A DNA stretch of 64,000 bases, taken from the NCBI GenBank assembly GCA_951406725.2, contig OX597814.1:67208001-67272000 (forward strand), given 5' to 3'. The position numbers and the translations under genes are program-made. Below, piece by piece: positions 1 to 11,537 of the stretch (the first letter of the stretch is position 1; every line of letters starts with the position of its first letter). Origin of the DNA: Octopus vulgaris (taxonomy: Eukaryota). The notes under the pieces were generated by a model that did no database searches, had not been told where the DNA came from, and saw nothing but the letters and a program-made list of their open reading frames with translations.

Positions 1-404
1 TGGTTAACTTTCACCTCTCTTTGGATCAATGAAATAAGTACCAGTCAAGCACCAGGGTCAATATATTGACCAGTTCATTCCCCCCAAAATTTCATGCCTT
101 ATGCCTGTAGTAGAAAGGATTTTATTAAACATTTATTTATATAGTGCAAATGATGCTCTTCAGTCAAAATTTTGTCATCATATGCATGAACATAGAAACA
201 AATTTTAGTCATAGCCATCTAAAAAGCATGGCCATGCTGTAGTACTGCCTTGAAGAATCAATCTCAGTACTTATTCTTTTTTTAAGCCTGTTACATGTTC
301 TATCAGTTTCTTTTTCTGAACCATTGAGTTTCAGGGACATAAACACACCAACAACAGTTTTCAAGTGGTTATGGGGTACAAACACAGTCACAAAGATGCA
401 CACA

Positions 405-775
405 GACAGGCAGGCAGTGGCTGTGTGGTAAGTAGCTTGCTAACCAACCACATGGTTCCGGGTTCAGTCCCACTGCGTGGCATCTTGGGCAAGTGTCTTC
501 TGCTATAGCCCCGGGCCGACCAATGCCTTGTGAGTGGATTTGGTAGACAGAAACTGAAAGAAGCCTGTCGTATATATGTGTTTGTGCCCCTAGCATTGCT
601 TGACAACCGATGCTGGTGTGTTTATGTCCCTGTCACTTAGCAGTTCGGCAAAAGAGACCGATAGAATAAGTACTGGGCTTACAAAGAATAAGTCCCGGGG
701 TCGATTTGCTTGACTAAAGGCGGTGCTCCAGCATGGCTGCAGTCAAATGACTGAAACAAGTAAAAGAGTAAAGAG
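405..775 (+). mobile_element. tRNA-derived SINE (abundant family; further copies at ~820-925(-), 2990-3400(+), 15620-15810(-), 22165-22460(-))
   Basis: A-box-like TGGCTGTGTGG and B-box-like GGTTCAGTCCC, followed by TGGGCAAGTGTCTT. The 3' end GCAGTCAAATGACTGAAACAAGTAAAA recurs at several places in the window. Confidence 0.8.
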
Positions 776-1729
776 AGAGAGGCAGGCAGACAGACAGATA
801 GATAGATAGATATGACAGACTTTGTCAGTCTAAAGCTATAGTAGAAGACACTTGACCATAGCTCCAATCAGTGGGACTGAACCTAGAATCATGTGACTGG
901 GAAGCAAACTTCTTACCACACTTTCATCATATCACTATGACTAAGTCTAAACTTTTGACACCTTATGAAATTCAAAAGAGAATATAAGACATTGCATCTG
1001 TTTCAGATGGCTCTTCTACTATGTAATTGCTTCAGTTTCCACACACTGCCTCAGTTTGTTAAGCATGTACAACTTCAAAAACAAATTATATTATGTTTTC
1101 TTCTTAGTGATAATGCTCTTTTTAGTGCAAATTTCGGGAATAATGATGAGGTGCCACACATTGAAGGTGACCTACATAATTCTGATCATTCTTACACATA
1201 CTTTGTATAGGAGTCTGAATTTTGTATATAACTGGGAGAACTTTTGAATCATCTATTTGACAATAGTTTGAACAAATCATACCTGCATGTATCTATACTT
1301 GTAATATGTATAGCAACATGAATAACTTTTATATATATATATAGGGATAAATTATCCAGATGGGTACCTTAAGAGCTCTCAGGTACATTCAAGGTTCTAA
1401 GGATCACGTAGGGAGAGCAATTCCACTAATATATATATATAAGTTATTCCTGCTGCTACACTTTTTATATTGTCAAGAAATATATTCCTGGTTATGTCAG
1501 GATGTTACAGGTGGTTTATGTTTTCTTAATTTTCAGATGGGGCTTTACTTTTATCATAAAAACCAATATAGGCACATGACAGGCTCTTAGAGAATAGTAG
1601 CACTCAAAATTATTGCTGGGTTTCTACACATACATACAATAACAACAACAAAAAGCCAAAATAGTCAACAAAAGCTCAGCTTGGGTCAAACAGACGAACC
1701 CAGAAGGTTCTTTTGGTGTGGTAAGAGGA

Positions 1730-2900
1730 GCATTTGGCAGCACAGATGTCTGTGGCCTACATGATTATTTATATTAGACATTAAGTAAGAAATTCCAGTC
1801 AATGTGCTTTGTCCTATATAGGGAAGATGCTTTAACCATCTTTAGATGCACAAATTGGCACACCCTGGATAGGCTTAGGAAAGACCTAACTCACACTCCT
1901 AAGGATTTCAGATTACCATGGTGACCAACCTTAGCATAGTAAATTTCTTTGATTTGCACACTAGTTCAAACAGACTTAACTACAAATCTACTGAAAGGCT
2001 ATCATACATCACAGCCTCGTTTAAAAAGCTTGTAAAGGGTATCAGAAGAGGATTTTGAACCTATCCTGTAATAAAGATGTTTTTGATGTAGCAACCCCTA
2101 AGTACAATGAGGCTCTAGCAGCCTGCAGGTTTAAGGTTCACATTATCCATATGCTTGGCATTAACACCCACAAAAGAAAACACCACTATAAAAAGTTTTT
2201 TCCCACTGTTTCCACTCAATGGGAAGTGCCTTCCTTAGATCAATGGATAAGCATTTTACATAGTCCCATATGTATAGGAAATTATTCAATAGACATAATT
2301 TGAGGGTCTCTTTCAGCTATAAACCTAGAGTCAAAAAATATTAACAAACACCCCAAACCCTTGCACAGACACGTTGCTCATGTAGGGTTAGCAATAAGTG
2401 TCCAGCCAATAGTCGATGCAACACTGAGGCTGTGGTCTAGAAAGCAGAAGTGGTGTTCTCCAGCAATGGAGTAGCACAAACACAGAAACCACTGGACAAT
2501 GGAAGGCTAAATAATCAAATGTCCTCTTAGAATTTAAGAGAGACACAATGTTACATTAGTCACCCTTGCACAGAGGCAGGATGCTCATGTAGGGTTAGCA
2601 ATAAGTGCCCAGCCAATAGTTGATGCAACACTGAGGCTGTGGTCTAGAAAGCAGAAGTGGTGTTCTCCAGCAATGGAGTAGCACAAACACAGAAACCACT
2701 AGACAATGGAAGGCTAAATAATCAAATGTCCTCTTAGAATCTAAGAGAGACACAATGTTACATTAGTCAGCTATATGTGGTGATTAAAAGAGGAGGGAAC
2801 ACTACGAAATCAACTGAAAACTACTGGAACCTCCTGGGTCATATCTGAAGGAAAGTAGACATTTCAAATTCTACTTTGGTTTGGTATGAGATTTATCTTG
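1730..2900 (+). mobile_element. Degraded Penelope-like element (RT plus GIY-YIG region fossil)
   Basis: Frame-broken remnants: LYREDAL (resembles the GLYRDDGL RT motif), NLSIVNFF, NLSCNKDVFDVATPKYNEAL, and CSCRVSNKCPANSRCNTEAVV (Cys linker before GIY-YIG). Contains a ~205 bp tandem duplication. Confidence 0.65.
2358..2769 (+). repeat. Tandem duplication of ~205 bp (2358-2562 / 2563-2769)
   Basis: Two near-identical copies, each starting CCCTTGCACAGA and ending GTTACATTAGTCA. Confidence 0.9.
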
Positions 2901-2989
2901 AATTGAATTGCATGTTATCTCAAACGTGTAGAAGTGTAGTTATCTTATAGGGCTGGTAATATGCAATAAATTTTCAGAAAACTTGGGCA

Positions 2990-3400
2990 AGGTGCAGGCA
3001 TGGCTGCGTGGTAAGAAGTTTGCTTCCCAACCACATGGTCCATGTTCGGTCACACTGCATGGCATTATGGGCAAGTGTCTTCTACTGTAGCCCCAGGCTG
3101 ACTATAACCTTGTAAATGGATTTGGCAGACAGAAACTGAAAGAAGCCTGTTGCATACATATATGTATGTGTCTTTGTATCAGTGTTTGTTTCCTACCACT
3201 GCTCAACAACCGGTGTTGGTGTGTTTATGTCTCTGTAACTTAGTGGTTCAGCAATAGTGATCTATAGAATAAGTACCAGACTTAAAAAAGATAAGTTCTG
3301 GGGTTGATCCATCCAACTAAAAATTCTTCAAGGTGATACCTCAGTATGGCCACAGTCTAATGACTGAAACAAGTAAAAAATAGAAGATAAAAGATAAGTA
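2990..3400 (+). mobile_element. tRNA-derived SINE, same family as 405-775
   Basis: Same head (GGCTGCGTGGTAAGAAG...CCAACCACATGG), body and ATGACTGAAACAAGTAAAA end. Confidence 0.8.
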
Positions 3401-3619
3401 CTTTATCACACTAAATACTGTTTTCTTGTTTGTTACAGTTTTCATATCTCTGCTGAGGAGAGCACCCACTTTGGTGGTTGGACAAAACATATGGTGAAGA
3501 AAAATTCAACCAAAGTTTCACTTATATTAAGTTAACCATCACTGAGCTTTATGTTTATTTTCAAGTTACTCTCAAACTTTCTGCTAGCTGTCTTGGTCAG
3601 TCTGTTTTTTTACCTTACA

Positions 3620-4375
3620 ATATGCCATGCGTGAGAAGATCCGGCAAGCCGAATGAGACCATAATCTTGTGGCTTATGCCAGGGAAATTACCAGCCCACT
3701 TATGCATACCTTTTCCTTCTTTAGACACTAAAACTCTGCTTGCGAAGACCTGTTGAGGCAAGTGAAATCAAAAATCAAAATCAAAATCGATGACTGGCAT
3801 CCGTGCTAGCGGGGTGCAAAGAACACCATATACGAGTGTGATTATTGACAGAGCGGCTAACTGGCTTCTGTGCCAGTGGCACTTAAAAGGCACCATTCGA
3901 GCGTGATCGTTACCAGCGTCGCCTTACTGGCACTCGAGCTCCATGCTAGTAGGGTATTAAGAGCACCATCCAAGTGTGATCGTTGCCAGAGCAGCTATCA
4001 GGCCCCTGTGCCGGTGGCACGTAAAAGACACCATTCGAGCATGATAATCTCGAAAGAACACTTTAATCTTGCCAAGCTCGTGAAAGTCTTTTTAGTGTTG
4101 ATGTGGCACGTAAAAGACACCTTACTAGCACCTGTGCCGGTGGCATGTGTAAAAGATTTGAGCGAGGTCGTTGCCAGTATTGCCTGACTGGCACGTAAAA
4201 GCACCCACTACACTCTCGGAGTGGTTGGCATTAGGAAGGGCATCCAGCTGTAGAAACTCTGCCAGATCAAGATTGAAGCCTGGTGCAGCCATCTGGTTCG
4301 CTAGCCCTCAGTCATTCGTCCAACCCATGCTAGCATGGAAAGCGGATGTTAAACGACGACGACGATGATGATGAT
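3620..4375 (+). mobile_element. 5'-truncated RTE copy or RTE-tail derivative (end of ORF plus 3' UTR)
   Basis: Starts with sequence matching the ORF end (YAVREKTRQ) of the RTE at 11.0-14.4 kb. Shares CCACTTATGCAT, repeated GTGCCGGTGGCAC units and the CCCATGCTAGCATGG...GTTAAACGA(YGA)n tail. Confidence 0.75.
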
Positions 4376-4439
4376 AAATATATATTCAACAATGACACCT
4401 TTTCTTATAAGTCAGTCAAAGGAGGTGGGCTATGTCCAT

Positions 4440-4760
4440 GACTTTTGTAGGCCTTTCTAAACTGGTGAGACTGATGTGGATGATGTTCAGTTTGAATATC
4501 TAAAGATCAATGGGTTGTGGAATTCCACAGGAGTATTCTGTTAGAAAGAGAAGGGAAATATGTTAAATGCAGGATCTGGGAGCTTAGCAGTAGCAGTGAT
4601 GGAGGGCAGAAGGGAAAATTAGAGACAATCAATTTACTCAACTCACAGATGAAATAGGAGTTAATTAATTTTATTGAACTAGTTACTAAACGTGGTGATA
4701 GTCTGAGAATCAGTGGCATGAGTTTAACATTAGAGCCAGGAAAGAGAAAAACAGTGACAA
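4440..4760 (-). mobile_element. Possible old LINE 3' fragment (CR1/Jockey-like)
   Basis: The translation 'SNRILLWNS' resembles the conserved C-terminal R...WNSLP motif; the rest is degenerate. Confidence 0.3.
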
Positions 4761-5807
4761 TTTTCTTGTTTCTGACTTTTATCTTTCATAAATAAGGAGA
4801 GAACTTGTATTATCTAATAATCCATTTATGAACTTAATTGATGTATCAAATAATTCATTGTGATAATTAAAATGAGACTGTATCAAGTATACATTTTACA
4901 GGTGATATAAATGCTTCGTTATTATCATATTTCAAGATGGTGTCCCAGCATGGCTGCAATCTAATGACTGAAACAAGTAAAATGATAAGAAAGATAGATA
5001 ATAGTTAGCTTCTTGCCAACATTAATACAGTAATGGGATTTATGAAAAAGATCCCATAAGATTGAAAACAGATTATATTTTGTGTTTGGTGTGGAGACTT
5101 GCATGAATTTTATAAAAGAATTATTACATTTGCTGTTGTTATTGTTTAGTCTCTGGTCAACACTGAGCATGCCGATAATCAAAAGCATTTTGGTTTTGAC
5201 CGTTCTTACTTTTTTCCCCAACAGTGTATCTAGAGCTCCATTATCCAAAGTGATTTGGGGTTGACTTTACTGCTACTTCTAGCAGGCTGAGTGACTGTGA
5301 AGAAGCTCTTTGTTGGCTTGTACATGTCTTACCTTATGCTGGGCAAGTCTATGCATTTCACTCATATAGTATGACTGCTGAGTCACTAGTTTTAGGTAAC
5401 TTGTTAGTGTTGAAATATCATTGAAACTCTAATGCTTTAGCAAATTTTTGTTTGACAGTCCAAATTATATGATTTCATTAGGTGTCCACCTTAAAGGTGA
5501 GAGTTTTGTATATTGTACCATTCAGCTAAAAGTTTTCTTGCGGATGCCCATGATTGTTCAAACTGACTGGTTTCATGCTAGCAGAAACCGAATATAATTC
5601 TGCCTTGAAACCATGGTCTTACACTAAAATATACAATTTCGTAATAAAGTCATCTTAAATTTGCTCACTTTTTATTTCCCTGCTGAACGCATGAATTAAC
5701 TTTGGTTGTACATTGACTCATAAAGCAATCATTTTAAGTCAGTATACAATTCTTTCTTTACCATCGGTTCAAATAAGAGTTACACATTATGTATTTCTGT
5801 CCTTTAA

Positions 5808-6027
5808 CCCTTTAGTGTTTAAACCGGCTATATCTGGCCAAAATATTCTACCTATTTTATGTTCAAACTAGTCAGATATGGTCATTCATAGCTACCTTAT
5901 TGTGTCATTTTAAAAATAAACAATCACATCATTGAAATCTCAAAGCCATGAAATGATGCAAGATTAAGTTTAAATGGTGTGAATAAATAAGCTTTACATT
6001 TTACAGAATAATCTGAATGCTAAAGGG
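5808..6027. mobile_element. piggyBac-type MITE
   Basis: TIRs CCCTTTAG / CTAAAGGG, flanked by TTAA at 5804-5807 and 6028-6031. Confidence 0.75.
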
Positions 6028-6792
6028 TTAAAGGCACTTTGAAACTAATTCAACAATACCTTCAACATTCTTTTTGACAACCGAATTAGTTGGGAAGAGA
6101 AATGTTTAAAAACAATACTAAATAACGTTAAAGTTTTTTTACTCAGTAGACGCTGTTAATGCCTATCAAAATAAAAAGTAACAATTTCTTTTTAATTCTT
6201 TTGTAAATCTTTAACGCAGTGTCTTTATATATTAGACTATATGTAAATTCAAGTGTCTTCTATAATTCCATTCACATCTAAGAAACATCATAAAATTATA
6301 AATCTATTCCAATGTTTAATAAATACTGAGTTTTTCTTTGGGGGGGGGGGGGTGCCTTAGAAAGATGGAAAGTAAAGCTGACTTCAGTTGGTTTTGAACG
6401 CTGACTTTATAGTTTATGTTTTTATGACTCGGCCAATCCATAATTTCTGTTATCAAACATACAAATTTTTAAAGGAAAAATTATATTTTGAAACGGGTAT
6501 TTGCCTAAAGAAACTCACAATAATTAAACAAACGATTTGTTAATATATGACAGCTAAGTTGGGGTAATTAATTCAGTGAAATACAACATAGTAGATTTAT
6601 TTGAAAAGGAAGTAAGGAATGATTATTTCCCTTGAGTACTCTGGGGTAATTGTACGAAGCAACCCGTTGAGAAATCTGTTGGATTCTTTCGAACAATAAT
6701 TATCCCAGTTAAGCCAACAATATCCTTGAATACAGAAAATATTTACATTACATCACTAAATAAATAAGCTAAGTTTATTATTTATCAGAAAA

Positions 6793-7203
6793 ATGGATGA
6801 AATCGGAGAACACGAACAAATGGATATCATTCGATACGTTCCAGAACATCAATGGATAAAGGATGTTTTTCAAGACGTAATTGGAATGTCTGCCACTAAA
6901 CAGAGTCTCGTTGGAGGAGTTTCAGGCTGGTGTACGGGAATGCTGATTTCAAAAGCGGGCAAAATTGCTGCAGCAACTATGGGGACTACAATCTTGCTTT
7001 TACAAGTTGCTCATCACCAGGATTATGTAAAATTCAACTGGAATAAAATTGAAGACAGCATTCAGAAGGCTGGTCGATCTATTATGAAAGAAACCAAGAA
7101 AACTTGCCCTAGCTTTGTATCGACAACCGAAGCCCTTTTCAAAAATAATATTGTATTTGCGTCGATGTTTGCTGGTGGTTTTCTAATGGGCTTTTCGTTT
7201 TGA
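6793..7203 (+). CDS. FUNDC1: FUN14 domain-containing mitochondrial outer-membrane protein (FUNDC1/2-like), 136 aa, single coding exon
   Basis: Collinear with FUNDC1 motifs: HQW, VGGVSGWCTG, KAGKIAA, LLLQVAHHQDYVKFNWNKIE, KNNIVFASMFAGGFLMG. Uninterrupted from ATG to TGA. FUNDC1 versus FUNDC2 orthology cannot be resolved. Confidence 0.88.
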   Translation: MDEIGEHEQMDIIRYVPEHQWIKDVFQDVIGMSATKQSLVGGVSGWCTGMLISKAGKIAAATMGTTILLLQVAHHQDYVKFNWNKIEDSIQKAGRSIMKETKKTCPSFVSTTEALFKNNIVFASMFAGGFLMGFSF

Positions 7204-8794
7204 TTTGAACTAAACTTCTTTCTTCGTGTTCGTAAATAATGTTCTCTGCATCTGATGCACGCATCCTTTTTTCTTTTATGATGCATAACAATTCATACAC
7301 ATACAAATATATTTACATGCGTTTACCATATAAATACATTGAACAGTCACAACATTATGCGTATATTTTATTTATTGAATCGATAAATTAGAAGTAAATG
7401 TGTTACATGTAATCATTGTCATACTGTGTTTAATATGTTAGCTGTTATTGTATATAATTAGTTTTTGTAAACGACTAACATCCCCATCCCCCAGGACTCA
7501 GAAATGTTAAGTCCATGGTGCTTAAGAATGAAATCAACATTAATTTAAATATTTTTCTTTTTGTATTAAACTTTTCATGAAACTAAAAATGTAGCAACTT
7601 TTCATTGGGGCTTTTCTATCTGGATCTTTATTTTATTTAAAAAAAAAAACAGTATCGTGTGTTTTGTGAGTTATTACGTCATTGACATTTAAAAACATTG
7701 AAAGTTTTTATTACTATAAATGCGTTTGTATAGTGTAAATATTGGTTTGTGTAGTGCATGAAGATTTCGGTAGCAGTTTAGAGTAATGGGATGAAGGTCA
7801 TATTAAGTAAGCATACACAGGGCCGAAACTTGTTGAAAAAATGAGAGCATAGTTATGTTTCTGTATTTATAAGATCCTCAGAACGACATTTCGTACTGTA
7901 GATTAACAACAAAACTTGAGAAATTATGGAATGGAAACGGGATGGATTGGTGAATCGATCGAGAGTCAGTTGCTTTTTCAAGCTTTTGTCAACAGCGTTT
8001 TTTCTTTCCGCTTCCCTATCTCATTGCAAAAGAGAAAAAGCCACTGCAGAAACACTGCTTTAACTAAAAGGTACTCTCATGTAACTTACGTTCAACTCGT
8101 CCTTCAGTCCCTGCAGTATCGTGCTTAATACATTCATCATAGAATTTATTCTGTGCCGGGAAAGAAACTTTTTGCTAGCTAAATTTCATCTTTCTCTGTC
8201 TACTATTGTTTAATTGCAATCACTTTCTGCATAAAGGGTTTGTTTACTGGCTAAAAGGACTGAACTTCACATACAAGATGATTGACCCATGACAATTGTT
8301 CAATAAACATTGAAACAATTTTATAATTACTCAGACTGATGGTAACTTAGAAACCCCTGACTACAATTATTTTTTGTATTGTATACCTTTGTACAATAAT
8401 AGATGTTCACATATATTCTGCCTTTAGATTTTAAAGAAGTCCAAACTCCTGGTGGTACCACTTGGTCAGGAATAAGATACACATTTACAACCAAAAGATC
8501 AGAAGTTCACATCATTAGATATGTCTTGTTTTCTTAATAAAGGCATTTTATTTTATGCAGTCCACTTCACATAGTTACTGTTTGGTTGTTGTGAAGAACA
8601 TGATCATTGTATACTTGATTTTTGATCTTATTAACTTGCCATGAATAAAGCAGGAAGAGGAAGGAATTCTGCCAGGCTGACAAATATATATTTTAAAGAC
8701 AAAAGTTACCCATAGTGGTATAATCACCCAGTGTAGGTCATGTGGTACATGATATCCTATAAACAACATATACCTATCTTGTTTAAATCATACG

Positions 8795-8980
8795 CTATAA
8801 ATTTCGGTGCAAGACCAGCAATTTCAGGGAAGGGGTTAAGTTGATTAAGTTAACTATTTTAATGACCATGAAAGGCAAAGTCAACCTTGGAATTTGAAGT
8901 CAGAATGTATAGATGGATTGGATGAAATGCTGCATGCATTTCACCCAACATGCTAACAATTCTGCCAGCTTGCTACTTAA
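8795..8980 (-). mobile_element. Decayed SINE, same family as 25276-25860 (also at ~1-130, 10128-10385, 52830-53230)
   Basis: GAAAGGCAAAGTCAACCTTGG-AATTTGAA and ATTCTGCCAGCT match the SINE at 25.3-25.9 kb. Confidence 0.65.
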
Positions 8981-11537
8981 AACTGGAAATGCAAAATAGA
9001 AATTTTGTTACAATCAAGTATGTATGTTTTCAGTTGCAGAAAAGCTTTTTTTTTTTTTTTTTTTTTTTTGGCAGTGATACTCAGTTATTCAAACTATCAC
9101 CCACATCTAGAGGTTTATGAAGCAAAGTGCTTTAATTATTCCTTTTCTTAAGCTAGGCAGGCATATTATTAATGGTGGATGACCTCTCTTGGACTTGCTT
9201 GTCACACAGAAAGTCATTCTGTTGGTTATATGGTGTCTTGCATGGACCATTGGTACCAAATGTATCCAGTTGTATTTCTTATCTGTTAGATTTGTCATAG
9301 ATCAATACAACATCAATAATGCTTTCGCCTTTCTTCACAACAAAGAATTTCTCTCTTGGCGAAAGGTAGTCTGTATGAAGTCATCATAATTTTGCCTATT
9401 TTTATGCTGGCATGGTTTTGATACATCACAGCCAGTTCTTATTCCAAGTTCCTACCTTCCTTGACTGGTAGGAGGACCACATGTTTGCTCATACATTTTA
9501 ATTTTTGGCATAGTTTCTATGGTTATAGGCTCTTCCTGAATCAACCACTTTACAGGGTGTACTTGATGCAGTTTATTGTGACATCAACACTAAAAAGACT
9601 TTCACGGGCTTGGCAAGATTAAAGTGTTGTTTCGAGATTATCACTATTTCATAAAAATAATCCTGACTAAGAGGGTAAATAGAAGAAAGAATGATGATCA
9701 TAGGTGATGTTTGAAAAAGATTCTGACAATGGAAGATAACTGTGAAAAGAAATAGATCAAATTTCTTGATAGTGTGTCTTAAAGACAAGAAGACAAAAGG
9801 TTAGGTACAATAATATATAGTTTCTTAATACTTGTTCTAATCCTTTATCATCTTGTATGTGATGGTAATGTTGTTATGCATACATTCTGGACTGCATGTA
9901 TACAAAAGATCATCTGGTTCACAATAATTTACTCATTCCACTCTACTGTTGTTAGTACACAGAGATGTAGATTCTTCTCTATCTCTTCTAATACCATGAC
10001 AATGGTTCAGTTATATGCTAGCCAGCTGTGTATCATCTCTAACTAAAGCACTCCCCATCTTTCTCTCATCAAATTTTTTTTTACCATATATCAATATTAC
10101 CTCGTATTTCCATTTATTACCTAATACTAAGGCAGTGAGCAGGCAGAATCATTTGTATGTCAGACAAAATGCTTAGCAACATTTTGGCCATCATTATGTT
10201 TTGAGTTCAAATTCCACCAAGAGTCCTCAGTCAAACCGTCCAACCCATGGAAAGCGGATGTTAAACGATGATGATGACGATGTTGACTTTGCCTTTTATC
10301 CTTTTGGAGTCAACAGTTGGGCACTGGGGGTGATGTAATTGGCTCACACACTGAACTCCCCTGAACTTGCAGGCCTTGTGCTAGGTGATATTGATATATT
10401 TTCCATATATCAATATTTCCTAGTATCTTTATGTTAATATACTATTGTATCATGTTAATGCCTCTCATATTAACACATCATACGTAATTTCTCACTATTA
10501 CACATATGCACAAACACATTCACTCACCTCTCACGCAATTCCCTACATTGATACATGTATTAGAAATTCTTCCACAATTCTGTCTCTGTATTTCTAACAG
10601 TTCATTTTTCTCTTGTTTGTTCAAAACCACTAATTCTGCTTCTTGTCCAGTACTGTTGGCATGTTTTTTTTTCTATTAATTGCACCTTTTCCCTTTTTCT
10701 CTCTTTTCATCTATTATGACAAAAAACAACCACTTAAAATATCTTCATATTCTTTACATCATAATACAATGACCATGTACATTTGTTCATTGTTTCTTGT
10801 ACTTTCTTTTTATTATAGTATTTGCTGCATGCTGAACAAAATCAGGTTTACCAATTCTGGATTTCTTCGTCATAGTTACTGCTTCATCGCTAAAAGACAC
10901 TACACTAAACATTTAAATCAATATTTCATATTGGAATATCAACCATCTGAAATGCATTTGCTGCTTGCATCTATTCTACAAGCAAAAACCTAGCCTGTAG
11001 CATTTCCAGGTTGTTTGATATTCATCATCATCATCATCATCGTTTAACGTCCGTTCTCCATGCTAGCATGGGTTGGACAGTTCGACCGGGGATCTGGGAA
11101 GCTAGAAGGCTGCGCCAGGCTCCAGTCTTATCTGGCAATGTTTCTACAGCTGGATGCCCTTCCTAATGCCAACCACTCCGTGAGTGTAGTGGGTGCTTTT
11201 TACGTGCCACCTGCACAGGTGCCAGGCGAGGCTGGCATTGGCTACGGTCGGATTGGTGCATTTTACGTGCCACCGGCACGGCGAGGCGGCGCTGGCATCG
11301 GCCACGATTCGGATAGTGCTTTTTACGTACCACCAGTCCTGGCATCTGCCGCGTGCCAGTCATAGGATTGGTTCAATTTCGATTCCGATTTCGATTTCAC
11401 TTGCCTCAACAGGTCTTCGCAAGCAAAGGGGGTTGGCATGGGTGCCTGTCGTCGGATGAGGTTCGATATCGACTTCGCTTGCCATAACAGGTCTTTGTGT
11501 GTCCAAGGGAGGAAAGGCATGCATAAGTGGGCTGAAC

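Noticed and set aside
3450-3495. CTGAGGA followed by a short hairpin, possible hammerhead
   Set aside because: The GAAA box reads CAAAA and there is no stem I partner; too decayed to call.
4044-9642. Inverted ~65 bp match between ~4044-4110 and ~9578-9642 bracketing the FUNDC ORF, as ends of a composite transposon
   Set aside because: Both pieces are internal parts of the same dispersed RTE-tail repeat in opposite orientations, and there is no TSD.
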